Shown: piece after piece, positions 1-12,135 of the stretch
How positions within the stretch are numbered: position 1 is the stretch's first letter
Layout of the letters: each line of letters starts with the position of its first letter
DNA from: Chloroflexota bacterium
GTDB lineage: Bacteria > Chloroflexota > UBA11872
Direction: 5' to 3'
NCBI GenBank assembly: GCA_026706485.1
Contig: JAPOYR010000002.1
Span: 321,251-385,250 of the forward strand
Length of the DNA stretch: 64,000 nucleotides
The notes under the pieces: model-generated
What the model saw: only the letters and a program-made list of their open reading frames with translations
What the model was told of the DNA's origin: nothing
The model's database searches: none
Position numbers and translations under genes: made by a program

Positions 1-2577
<2,577 letters not shown>

Positions 2578-2589
2578 GGACGCGCCCGC

Positions 2590-3621
2590 CTAGCTGGCCG
2601 CTGGATCGTCCCAGTACAGCGCCACGCGTCCGTCGGGGCGCCGCAGCTCGGCGGAATCGGGAAGCTCGTTGTGCCAGACGTGCCGCTGGCCGAACGCGAT
2701 GTCGCCCTGGCTGCTGCCTGCGGCGACCGTCAGGGTCGCCCCCGACTGAAGGACGGTTCCGGCCGGGATTTCGACCGACTGCGGTCCGCGCAGGCTCACG
2801 AGGCGCCACCCGGAGAGATCAACCGGCGCGCCGCCGTCGTTGGCAATCACCACGGTCTCGGCCACCTTGTCCACCGCCATGGCGAGCCCCGGCACGGGCG
2901 GCGCCCAGAGCCCGCGGGCCGCCGCGCGAGCCTCGCGCTGGGCCTCGGCGATCGCGCCAAAGAGCGGCGTATCGGGCGTGTATTCGTGGGCGCGCACCCA
3001 GCCCTGCCGCGCCAGCTCGACCGAAAAGACGAGGTCGCCGCGCGCCACGTGCCGTAGCAGCCGCTCGCCGTCGTCGTGCGGCTCGCCACCAGCAACGAGG
3101 CTGACCGCGCCGTCGCCCACAAGCGCCGCCAGAGCGGCTGTCGCTTGGTCCGCCAGCGCGGCCTGTCCGCCGTGGTCTCCAGGTTCGGGCGCGTCGATTC
3201 CAAGCAGACGCACGGTGTGCTCGGTTCCGTTTATCCGGACGACGAGGGTGTCCCCGTCGATCACGCGCACGACCCGCGCCTCCTGGCCGGCCGGAATTCG
3301 GTCCGGCGTCGGGTTGCTCGTCGGCGTTGAGATCGGTTGTGCGGATTTTGCGGTGGTCGCCGGTATCGGGGATGGAGGAGACGCACGCGAGCCAGATAAG
3401 TTCAGCGCAATCGGGCTGTCAACGGCCGTTGCCGACGAGCCGGCCGCGACCGTCACTTCGCGAGGTGACGCGGCGCCTGCCGGTGCCGAGCGCGCCGCAC
3501 GGGCCGTGACCGTGAGCACGGGTGGGTCCGGGTCGTCGGCGCCGCATGCCGCCGTCACAAGCGCGGCGCACGTCACGGCTACGACGCCGAACCGCAATCT
3601 TCCGGCCTGTCCAGTCAACAC
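2590..3621 (-). CDS. Secreted lipoprotein: thermonuclease (SNase-like) domain fused to a lamin-tail (LTD) domain
   Basis: N-terminal signal peptide plus lipobox (…ALVTAACG). SNase motif RVVRVIDGDTLVVRINGTEHTVRLLGIDAPE. C-terminal LTD-like segment (VVIANDGGAPVDLSGWRLVS…). Confidence 0.7.
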   Translation of the reverse strand: MLTGQAGRLRFGVVAVTCAALVTAACGADDPDPPVLTVTARAARSAPAGAASPREVTVAAGSSATAVDSPIALNLSGSRASPPSPIPATTAKSAQPISTPTSNPTPDRIPAGQEARVVRVIDGDTLVVRINGTEHTVRLLGIDAPEPGDHGGQAALADQATAALAALVGDGAVSLVAGGEPHDDGERLLRHVARGDLVFSVELARQGWVRAHEYTPDTPLFGAIAEAQREARAAARGLWAPPVPGLAMAVDKVAETVVIANDGGAPVDLSGWRLVSLRGPQSVEIPAGTVLQSGATLTVAAGSSQGDIAFGQRHVWHNELPDSAELRRPDGRVALYWDDPAAS

Positions 3622-3748
3622 GTGTGAGGCGCGGGCACCCGCTTGATCATCGTTTGAGGTCGCCTATGCTATTCGCGTGAGCCGCGCGATGACGAGCGGT
3701 AAAGACAGGGTGGACAAGAAGATGGAAATGTCGGAGTCCCGGGAACGC

Positions 3749-5185
3749 ATGATGACCCGCCGAAGCCTGCTTCGCGTGGCGGGCGGCGGCTTGCTGGGCG
3801 CGGCCGCCGGGGCCGTGCTCGCGGCCTGCGGCGAGACGGAAACGGTCACGCAGGAAGTGATCAAAGAGGTTCCGGTCGAGACCGTCGTGACGCGAGAGGT
3901 CATCAAGGAAGTTCCGGTCCAAACCGTCGTTACGCAAGAGGTCATCAAGGAAGTGCCGGTCCAGACCGTCGTTACGCAGGAAGTCATCAAGGAAGTTCCG
4001 GTCGAGAAGGTCGTGGTCCAGGAAGCCGCGATGCTGCCGCCGCTGATCGTGGGGCAGCTCAATGCCTTCACCGGATCGCTCTCCTTCTTTGGCCCCATCC
4101 ATCGCAACGCCGCCGCCCTGGCGGCCGATCACGTCAACCGCGCGGGCGGCGTCGGCGGCGGGTCGTTGATCATCATCAGCCGCGACACGGGCGTGAATCC
4201 GGTGCAGGGCGTCGAGTCGGCGCGAGCGCTGGTGGAAGTGGAGAACGCCGTGGCGATCGTCGGCGCCTTGGCCAGCGGGGTGACCATCCCGGTCGCCACC
4301 TCGGTCACCGTGCCGAATCAAGTTGTGCAGATCTCCGGCGCCTCCACAGCGCCCAGCATCACGGTGCTCGACGACAACGATTTCCTCTTCCGCACCGCGC
4401 CCTCCGACGCGGCGCAGGGCGTGGTCCTGGGGCGTCTCGCCTGGGAGCAGGGATTTAAGAACGTCGGGGTCATGTACATCAACAACCCCTACGGCGAGGG
4501 CCTGGCCGAGCGGTTTGACGCGACGTTCACCGAACTCGGGGGAACCATCGTCGAGGCCGTGCCCCACGAGGACGAGCAGCCTACGTTTGCCTCTGAGCTG
4601 GAGCGCGCCACCGCCGGCGGCGTGGATGCGCTCATCGCCATCAGCTATCCCGGGCAGGCGCAGACCTACGTCCGCGAGTCGCTGGAAGGCGGCTACGCCG
4701 ACAAGTTCCTCTTCGTGGACGGCACCAAGTCGGCGGAGATGAACGAAGCCATCGGCTGGGACCGGCTCGAGGGCACCCTGGGCACGGCGCCGGGATCGGT
4801 GGACAGCCCGCAGCTCGCCGCGTTCGCGAGCGCCTACACCGACGCCTACGCCGTGGAGCTTCCGGTAGAGCCCTATCTGGCGGAGACCTACGACGCGGTG
4901 GCCGTGATCGCGCTGGCCGCGGCCAAGGCGGGCACCACCACGGACTCGGTAGCGATCCGAGACGCGCTGCGCTCGATCGCGAATCCCCCGGGTGAGGTCG
5001 TGGGCCCCGGCGTGGCAGGCATCGGGCGGGCGCTGAGCCTGATTGCCGATGGCGCAGACGTCAACTACGAGGGCGCCTCCGGCGCGGTGGACTTCGACGA
5101 AAACGGCGACGTGTTCGGCCCCATCGAGATCTGGCAGATCACCGGCGGCGAGATCAAGTCCACCGGCCGCTTCGAGACTCCGTAG
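3749..5185 (+). CDS. Branched-chain amino-acid-type ABC transporter substrate-binding lipoprotein (LivJ/LivK family). Tat-like signal plus lipobox, then a repeat tether.
   Basis: MMTRRSLLRVAGGGLLGAAAGAVLAACG signal. Type-1 periplasmic binding fold (…GVMYINNPYGEGLAERF…). The ORF starts at 3677; an internal Met at 3749 fits the signal peptide better. Confidence 0.8.
   Translation: MMTRRSLLRVAGGGLLGAAAGAVLAACGETETVTQEVIKEVPVETVVTREVIKEVPVQTVVTQEVIKEVPVQTVVTQEVIKEVPVEKVVVQEAAMLPPLIVGQLNAFTGSLSFFGPIHRNAAALAADHVNRAGGVGGGSLIIISRDTGVNPVQGVESARALVEVENAVAIVGALASGVTIPVATSVTVPNQVVQISGASTAPSITVLDDNDFLFRTAPSDAAQGVVLGRLAWEQGFKNVGVMYINNPYGEGLAERFDATFTELGGTIVEAVPHEDEQPTFASELERATAGGVDALIAISYPGQAQTYVRESLEGGYADKFLFVDGTKSAEMNEAIGWDRLEGTLGTAPGSVDSPQLAAFASAYTDAYAVELPVEPYLAETYDAVAVIALAAAKAGTTTDSVAIRDALRSIANPPGEVVGPGVAGIGRALSLIADGADVNYEGASGAVDFDENGDVFGPIEIWQITGGEIKSTGRFETP
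3845..4024 (+). repeat. 42-nt tandem repeat ×4.3 inside the SBP gene, encoding (VTQEVIKEVPVETV)n
   Basis: Units at 3845, 3887, 3929, 3971 and a partial unit at 4013, near-identical at DNA level. They encode a repetitive linker between the lipid-anchored Cys and the binding domain. Confidence 0.85.
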
Positions 5186-5220
5186 CGGCCGAGCGACTCG
5201 CAGCACATGCCATAGGGGCG

Positions 5221-5372
5221 GCTCGTCGAGCCGTCCCCGTGTCACTTCGAGCCCTGATTCTGAAAGTCCGAGCCCTGTCCCTGTCTTTCCGAGCGCAGCG
5301 AGGAATCTCAGGGGCGCGGAGCATGCACCGCCGTCCTTAGATTCCTCGCCTGCGGCTCGGAATGACGGATCG
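5221..5372. repeat. Palindromic repeat units (families B and E) between the SBP gene and livM
   Basis: …ttccgagcgcagcgaggaatctcagg… (also at 7523); cgaggaatct-N30-agattcctcg inverted repeat; gctcggaatgac. Confidence 0.6.
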
Positions 5373-5373
5373 G

Positions 5374-6339
5374 TCAGCCGCCGTCTAAGCGGACGCCCGA
5401 TTTGCCCGATCCCCGCCGTGTCACGCGCCGCAGCTCGCCCAGGATGCCGCCCGGTCGCAGCAGGATCACTGCGACGATGAGCACGCCGACCATGAAAAAG
5501 CGGGCGTTCGGATCGGCGAGCTCACCCGGCAGGAACCGCGCGCCGACCCAGAGCCCCCAGACCACGAACGCGCCCAGGATGGCACCCAGGTTGTTGCCGG
5601 ATCCACCAACCATCAGCATGGCCCAGATGATGAAGGTGCCCAGCAGCGGATCGAACGTCAGCGGCGAGACAAAGCGGATGTGGTGCGCGAACAGCGCCCC
5701 GCCAACGCCCATGATCACGGCCCCTAACACAAACGCCTGCAGCTTGAAGCTGAAGACGTTCTTGCCACTGGCCGCGGCGGCGACCTCGTCTTCCCGGATC
5801 GCCCGCAGCACGCGACCCCACGGCGACTTCATGACCCGCTGCACCAGCACGAAAAGCGCCACCAGCACGACGATGACGGCGACCATGTAGAGGTAGTTGT
5901 ATTTGTCGGACGGCAGCCAGCCCTCCAGGAATTGGGGGATTTGGTAAAGGCCCTTCGACCCGTTGGCGACCCATTTCTCGTTGAGAAAGAAAAGCCGCAC
6001 GCTCTCGGCGATGCCCAGGGTGGCGATGGCGAGGTAGTCGTCGTTCAGGCGCAGCGTGACGTAGCCGATCACGAGCGCGATGACGCCGCACACCGCTCCG
6101 GCCGCGGCCAACGCCAGCACGAACCACAGATCAATCCCGAGATCGAGCATTCCGAGCTGGGCCCAGTTGCCGGCAAACACGAACTCCTCGAACAGCAACG
6201 GGTCCGCCGCCGGCGAGGTCATGAGCGCGGCCGTATAGGCGCCGAGGGCGAAGAATCCGGCGATGCCGATGTTGAAGAGCCCGGTGAAGCCCCAATGCAC
6301 GTTCAAGCCCAGGGCGAACACCGCGTAGATGCCCGCCAT
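5374..6339 (-). CDS. livM: Branched-chain amino-acid ABC transporter permease (LivM-like)
   Basis: Polytopic membrane protein matching the BPD_transp_2 family layout; lies in an operon with LivH/LivF/LivG homologues. Confidence 0.75.
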   Translation of the reverse strand: MAGIYAVFALGLNVHWGFTGLFNIGIAGFFALGAYTAALMTSPAADPLLFEEFVFAGNWAQLGMLDLGIDLWFVLALAAAGAVCGVIALVIGYVTLRLNDDYLAIATLGIAESVRLFFLNEKWVANGSKGLYQIPQFLEGWLPSDKYNYLYMVAVIVVLVALFVLVQRVMKSPWGRVLRAIREDEVAAAASGKNVFSFKLQAFVLGAVIMGVGGALFAHHIRFVSPLTFDPLLGTFIIWAMLMVGGSGNNLGAILGAFVVWGLWVGARFLPGELADPNARFFMVGVLIVAVILLRPGGILGELRRVTRRGSGKSGVRLDGG

Positions 6340-6403
6340 GACGACGAACCCGACCGCGTAGTCGACTACCCCAATGACGTTATCGATGGCTCATGGCTCC
6401 CTG

Positions 6404-7426
6404 TCAGGTGGACCCTCCCAGGAGGCCCCGCGGTCTGGCGAGCAGCAGCACGATCATGATGATGAAGGCGACGGCATGCTTGTAGCTGGGCGTGATCCAC
6501 TGGGTCGAGACTTCCATGCTGACGCCAATGACCAGCGCGCCGACCAAGGCTCCGTAGGGATTGCCGATACCGCCCAGGATCACGGCGGCGAACAGCGGAA
6601 TCAGGAACTCCCAGCCCATGCTGGGGAGCAGCTGCGCCTGAAACACCGCCAATAGGACTCCGGCCATTGCCGCCAGTCCGCCGCCAATGGCCCAGGTGGC
6701 CCAGATGACACGCTCCGTCGGAATCCCGCTCACCCGAGCCAGGTCGGGATTGTCGGCCGTGGCGCGCATGGCCTTGCCGATCTTGGTGCGAGTGAGCAGC
6801 ACGTACACACCAATCACGAGGGCGACGGCGAGCCCCCCGATGAACATGCTGTCCGGTGGAATGCGAACGTCCATCGGCAGGTGGTAGACCTGCCGAAACT
6901 CACGCGGGAATTGGTGTTTCTCGCTCGTCCAGATGATCTGAATGAGCCCGCGCAGGGCGATTGCCAGTCCCAGCGATGTCATGGCGATGACCACCGCATT
7001 CACCTTGCGGTTTCTCAGCCGGCGATAGATTCCGATGTCCAGCACGATGGCGCCGATGGCGACGACGGCGGCCGCCACCGGCAGCGCAATGAGCAGCGGG
7101 TAGCCGAAGCTGAACGGCCCGAATCCCTGCCCTTCAATTCCCACCAGGGGCAGCACACCGGTGATGATCGCGAATGCCACGTAGGCGCCCATGGCCATGT
7201 AGTCGCCATGGGCGATGTTGGCGAAACCCAGGTTGCCGTAGATCAACGTCAGACCGATGGCGCCGGTGGCGATGATGGCGCCCAGCACGAAGCCGTTGAC
7301 CACGAGCCCCATCTTGACGAAGGGGAGAAACCCGAGGACGAGCATGGCCGCAATGGCGACGGCCACGCTGTACTGCGGCATCCAGGCCAGGCGCGCTCGC
7401 TCGACGGCGGCCAGCAGGGCAGTCAC
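6404..7426 (-). CDS. livH: Branched-chain amino-acid ABC transporter permease (LivH-like)
   Basis: Hydrophobic protein with about 8–10 TM segments and a typical LivH C-terminal region (…IGNPYGALVGALVIG…). Confidence 0.75.
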   Translation of the reverse strand: MTALLAAVERARLAWMPQYSVAVAIAAMLVLGFLPFVKMGLVVNGFVLGAIIATGAIGLTLIYGNLGFANIAHGDYMAMGAYVAFAIITGVLPLVGIEGQGFGPFSFGYPLLIALPVAAAVVAIGAIVLDIGIYRRLRNRKVNAVVIAMTSLGLAIALRGLIQIIWTSEKHQFPREFRQVYHLPMDVRIPPDSMFIGGLAVALVIGVYVLLTRTKIGKAMRATADNPDLARVSGIPTERVIWATWAIGGGLAAMAGVLLAVFQAQLLPSMGWEFLIPLFAAVILGGIGNPYGALVGALVIGVSMEVSTQWITPSYKHAVAFIIMIVLLLARPRGLLGGST

Positions 7427-7439
7427 GCGGTCGCCGTCA

Positions 7440-7740
7440 TTCCGCGTCCGACTCCCTCTCCCTTGAGGGGACCCTTGCGCGACCCGTCCGTCATTTCCCG
7501 CGCCACCACGAACTCACCCGTGTCATTTGAGCGCAGCGAGGAATCTCGGATATCCATCCGCGGCCGCGTCCATCATGGCCCGCGTCCGACTCCCTCTCCC
7601 TTGGGGAGATCCTTCCAAAGTCCGGTAGGGGCGGGTCTCAGACCCGCCCGACGCCAGGCATCCGGCGCGACTCCAGACTCGACCGAACTGGATTCCAGCC
7701 TTCGCCGGAATGACGGAGGGGAGACCCATCGCGCCTGCCC
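7440..7740. repeat. Composite repeat array (families B, C, D, E) filling the 314-bp livH–livF spacer
   Basis: ccgtcattccgcgtccgactccctctcccttgaggggac and cgcgtccgactccctctcccttggggagatcc (direct repeats); gagcgcagcgaggaatctcgg; gtaggggcgggtctcagacccgccc; ccttcgccggaatgac. Confidence 0.7.
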
Positions 7741-8431
7741 TCACCCGCCCAGATACAGGCGGGCCACTTCGGGATTCTCCAGCAGCGCCGGTCCATGGTC
7801 CTCAAGGCGGTTTTCGCCGCCGGACAGCACGTAGCCCCGGTCCGAGTGCTGCAACGCCTCGCGGGCTTGCTGCTCGACCAGGAGTAGCGCTACGCCGGTC
7901 GCGTTGATATCGCGGATGCGCTCGAACACCATGCCCATGATCGCGGGCGACAGCCCGGCTGACGGCTCATCGAGCAGCAGGAGCCTGGGGTCGAGCATGA
8001 GGGCGCGGGCCAGAGCCAGCATCTGGCGCTGGCCGCCCGACAGGCTGCCCGCTCGTGCCTTTGGCCGCCGCGCCAGATCGGGGAACAGGCCGAACATCTC
8101 ATCGATGCGCGCCCGACCGTCATCGCCGCGGATGAAGGCGCCCATCTCAAGGTTCTCGCGGATGCTGAGGGACGGAAAGACGTTCGCGGACTGCGGCACG
8201 TAGCACAGTCCCGCCCGCACCACCCGCTCCGGGGCATGGTCGGTGACGTCCACGCCGCGAAACGTCACGGCGCCGCTGCGCACCGGCACCAGGCCCACCA
8301 CGGCTTTCATCAACGTGGACTTGCCGCAGCCGTTGGGGCCGATGATGGTCACGATTTCGCCCGCATTCACGACCAAGGAGACGCCGTGCAGGATCTCGGT
8401 TTCGCCGTAGCCGGCGACGATGTCGCGGGCC

Positions 8432-8445
<14 letters not shown>
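7741..8445 (-). CDS. livF: ABC transporter ATP-binding protein (LivF-like)
   Basis: Walker A GPNGCGKST, signature LSGGQRQML, Walker B LLLDEPS. Overlaps livG by 14 nt. Confidence 0.85.
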
Positions 8446-9220
<775 letters not shown>

Positions 9221-9298
9221 GTCGCCTCCGCTTCGCCCTGGTTGACGCGATACCTACCGTAGCGCCACGCGACGGGTGCACCGCGGACGCGCGGGCTG

Positions 9299-9745
9299 CT
9301 AACGGCCCAGCAGCTCAATGCGGCCACCGTAACGCTCGAAGTCGCCAGTGTTGAATGTCAGCAGCCGGCGTTCCCCGTGGGCCAACATGGTTGCGACGAC
9401 GTTGGCGTCGTGAATCTGCCGTCCCCCGGCGGGAACCTCTCGACATAGCGCCACCAAGAGCTCGGTCACCATGGGCCCGTCCTCGAGGATCTCGAAGCTG
9501 CCGATCAGCCGGCTCACGTCATCGAGAGCTTCTTCGCGCGTGAGGGCCACCGGCCAGGTCTGCGGACGAGTGACCACCGACAGGTATTCGCGTATCACCT
9601 GACGACTGATTCTCAGTGGTTCGGGGGCTCGAAAGGCGCGTTCCAGGCTTTTCCGCGCCGCGTCGTGGTCCGGCGCGCCGGGGATGCGGGACATCACCAG
9701 CACGTTCGTGTCGATGAACACGGCGGCGCTAGAGCCTCTCCTCAT
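9299..9745 (-). CDS. vapC: PIN-domain ribonuclease (VapC-like toxin)
   Basis: N-terminal FIDTNVLV motif with acidic residues at PIN positions; about 148 aa. The upstream partner gene overlaps it by 17 nt. Confidence 0.75.
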   Translation of the reverse strand: MRRGSSAAVFIDTNVLVMSRIPGAPDHDAARKSLERAFRAPEPLRISRQVIREYLSVVTRPQTWPVALTREEALDDVSRLIGSFEILEDGPMVTELLVALCREVPAGGRQIHDANVVATMLAHGERRLLTFNTGDFERYGGRIELLGR

Positions 9746-10133
9746 AGAGATCCTCTCGCCTGAGACTCAGGCCCTCCGGCCACACCGCGGTGGGATGGAC
9801 GGGCCACGCCTCGTCGAGCGGAAGCCTGGGCTCGGGCTTGGCGTGCGTTCGACGGAACAGCAGTTCCTCGGCTTCCATGTCCACCTCGGCCGTCTCCCAG
9901 CCGGCCACGCTCCAGGCCAGCGCCTGACTGTGACCGTTGCCGCGGCGCTGATTCGCCCACCACGGCCGGTGGAGACGCGCGGATGCGGGCAGCTCGAAGC
10001 CAATGATCGCCTCGATCTCGCCGAAGGAGGTCCGCCACTCCTGGCCCTGCAGCCCGCGCAGATGCCGATAGAGCCGCTGGTATTTGCCTCGGATCGCCAT
10101 CGCCCTATATCTCTGGTCACGGTCGATTGCCAT
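9729..10133 (-). CDS. Uncharacterised 134-aa protein encoded immediately upstream of and overlapping vapC; candidate non-canonical antitoxin or partner
   Basis: Real-looking ORF with good GC3 and no low complexity; its stop overlaps the vapC start. No recognisable AbrB/RHH/Phd motif could be seen; contains …LPASARLHRPWWANQ…. Confidence 0.45.
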   Translation of the reverse strand: MAIDRDQRYRAMAIRGKYQRLYRHLRGLQGQEWRTSFGEIEAIIGFELPASARLHRPWWANQRRGNGHSQALAWSVAGWETAEVDMEAEELLFRRTHAKPEPRLPLDEAWPVHPTAVWPEGLSLRREDLYEERL

Positions 10134-10164
10134 GTCGGGCCTGCCGTCTGGGGGAAGTGTCGGG

Positions 10165-10205
10165 CGGATGACCGATAGTACTATTTTAGGTAGTTAGTGA
10201 CCAAT
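10165..10205 (-). promoter_or_regulatory. AT-rich pocket with the 8-bp palindrome TAGTACTA upstream of the 134-aa/vapC operon; putative promoter or operator
   Basis: accgatagtactattttaggtagttagtgacc is the only AT-rich stretch in the surrounding 5 kb and sits about 40 nt upstream of the ATG at 10133. Confidence 0.35.
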
Positions 10206-10367
10206 GCACGAGCAATTCCATGTCGTCAGTCGGCGGCGTCCGCGGCGCGTGCGGCGCATACTTGAGGCGCGCGCAATCGAGAATCCGCTTCATGGCCACA
10301 TCTGATCCGATGCCGTTGTCGGTGGCCCGCATTCGCCGAATGAACGGCTGAGGCGGGGAGCTTCGCT

Positions 10368-12107
10368 TTGGCGTCTGCAAGCGCCGACGAACGAATCCGC
10401 TACGAGCCCGACGAGCGGTGTCCGCCGTTGGTGGCGATTGGCGTCGGCGTTCAAGGAGCCTTGCTGGCGCTGGTCCCGCTCGCGGTCGTCGCCGCCATCA
10501 GCGGCGTCGCGGCCGGCCAGGACGAGCGCCAGCTCACGTGGACCCTGGTCGCGGCCCTGGTGGTCGGCGGCATCGTCACCATCCTCCAAGCAGTTCGGGT
10601 CGGGCGCGTGGGCCTGGGTCACATCATGATCATGGGCGTCACGCCCAACTACATCGCGGTCTCGGTGTTGGCGTTGGCGGAGGGTGGGCCGTCCACGGTG
10701 GCGAGCCTGCTCGTGCTTTCGTCAGTGTTCTATTTCGCCGTGGCAGCTTGGCTGCCGCAGTTGCGACGCGTCATCACCCCCGCTGTGTCCGGCACGGTGC
10801 TGATGCTGATCGCGGTGACCCTGCTCCCGATCGCCTGGGATCGGCTCCAGGAAGTTTCTGAGGGCGCACCGGCGTTCGGAGGCCCGGGCGTCGCCGCCGT
10901 CACGTTGATCGCCACCACGATCCTCGCCCTGCGTGCGCCTCGGCAATGGCGGATCTGGTCGCCGTTGGCCGGAATCGCGGCTGGCTGCGTCACCGCGGTG
11001 TTGCTTGGCCTCTATGACTTCGGGCGCGTGGTCGACGCCCCGTGGTTTGGGCTCCCCGACGCCGGGTTTCCAGGACTGGACCTCACGCCGACGGCGGGAT
11101 TCTGGGCGCTGTTGCCGATGTTCCTGGTGGTGACGGTCGTCCAAGCGATCAAGGCCGTCGGCGACGGGGTGGTCGTGCAGCAGGTCGCCTGGCGGCGGCC
11201 GCGGGCGACCGACTTCCGTCTGATTCAGGGGACGATCTACGCGAGCGCGTTGGGCACGCTCTTGGCGGGGCTGACCGGTACGCCGCCCACGAGCGCGTTC
11301 TCGGCGTCGACGGTTTCGCTGACAAACTTCACCGGGGTCGCCGCGCGCCGCGTCGCCTATGTCGTGGGGATCATCCTTGTGGGACTGGCCGTCTTGCCCA
11401 AACTTACGGGCCTGATGCTCACCATTCCCAACCCGGTGATGGGAGGGTTCCTGGTGACGGCCGTCGGCATGCTCTTCGTCGAAGGCGTGCGGACGGTCGC
11501 GCGCGGGGGGCTGGACGCGCCCACGACCCTGGTGGTGAGTCTGGCGTTTGCGCTGGGCGTGGGCTTCGAGCAGCACAACGTGTTCGAAGGCGTGGTCCCC
11601 AGCCCTTGGAGCTCACTGCTTGGCAACGGCATCACCGTCGGCGCCGCAACCGCGATTGGCCTCACGCTCTTCCTGGAAGTCACCAAGCCCAGGCGCCGCC
11701 GCTTCGAGGGTCGCCTCGACATGGCCGATCTGCCGCGACTCGACGCCTATCTGCAGGAGACCGCGGCGGCCATGCGGTGGAATGCCGCATCAACCGAGCG
11801 GTTGCGCTCCGCCGGCGAGGAGGCGCTTTCCAGCTTGCTGCGGCCGGCTGACGGCGAGGATGACGGCAAAACGCCGCGCCTGGTCGTTACGGCAAGTCCC
11901 GAGGGTCGGGCCGTCGATCTGGAATTCGTGGCCGCGGTCGACGAGGAAAACCTGGCCGATCGCCTGGCCTATCTCTCCGACCACGACGAATCACCGGCTG
12001 AATGGGATGTCTCGTTTCGCCTGCTCCGCCACTACGCGTCGACGGTCCGGCACCAGAAGTACCACGGCATCGACATCGTCACCGTGCGGGTCGACGGATC
12101 GCCCTGA
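10368..12107 (+). CDS. NCS2/SulP-superfamily permease (xanthine/uracil-type) with an extra ~140-aa C-terminal cytoplasmic domain of unknown function
   Basis: Residues 1–430 form a polytopic membrane domain with a Gly-rich, APC-like fold. The C-terminal tail (RLVVTASPEGRAVDLEFVAAVDEE…VRHQKYHGIDIVTVRV) is soluble. Confidence 0.6.
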   Translation: MASASADERIRYEPDERCPPLVAIGVGVQGALLALVPLAVVAAISGVAAGQDERQLTWTLVAALVVGGIVTILQAVRVGRVGLGHIMIMGVTPNYIAVSVLALAEGGPSTVASLLVLSSVFYFAVAAWLPQLRRVITPAVSGTVLMLIAVTLLPIAWDRLQEVSEGAPAFGGPGVAAVTLIATTILALRAPRQWRIWSPLAGIAAGCVTAVLLGLYDFGRVVDAPWFGLPDAGFPGLDLTPTAGFWALLPMFLVVTVVQAIKAVGDGVVVQQVAWRRPRATDFRLIQGTIYASALGTLLAGLTGTPPTSAFSASTVSLTNFTGVAARRVAYVVGIILVGLAVLPKLTGLMLTIPNPVMGGFLVTAVGMLFVEGVRTVARGGLDAPTTLVVSLAFALGVGFEQHNVFEGVVPSPWSSLLGNGITVGAATAIGLTLFLEVTKPRRRRFEGRLDMADLPRLDAYLQETAAAMRWNAASTERLRSAGEEALSSLLRPADGEDDGKTPRLVVTASPEGRAVDLEFVAAVDEENLADRLAYLSDHDESPAEWDVSFRLLRHYASTVRHQKYHGIDIVTVRVDGSP

Positions 12108-12135
12108 CGCCGGCCGACGCGATCGGATCCGGCTG

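Noticed and set aside
3647-5245. Long minus-strand ORF (532 aa) antisense to the SBP gene; similar long antisense ORFs at 15788–18931, 19916–21367, 21449–22681, 28638–30581, 35388–37361 and the 5' part of 50037–51563
   Set aside because: Arg/Gly/Ala/Pro-rich low-complexity translations typical of frames opposite true genes in 70% GC DNA. The overlapped genes have clear domain content.
9221-9298. Searched for a direct repeat of the tRNA-Val 3' end as an island att site
   Set aside because: Only trivial GC-rich partial matches were found, so there is no convincing attachment-site duplication.
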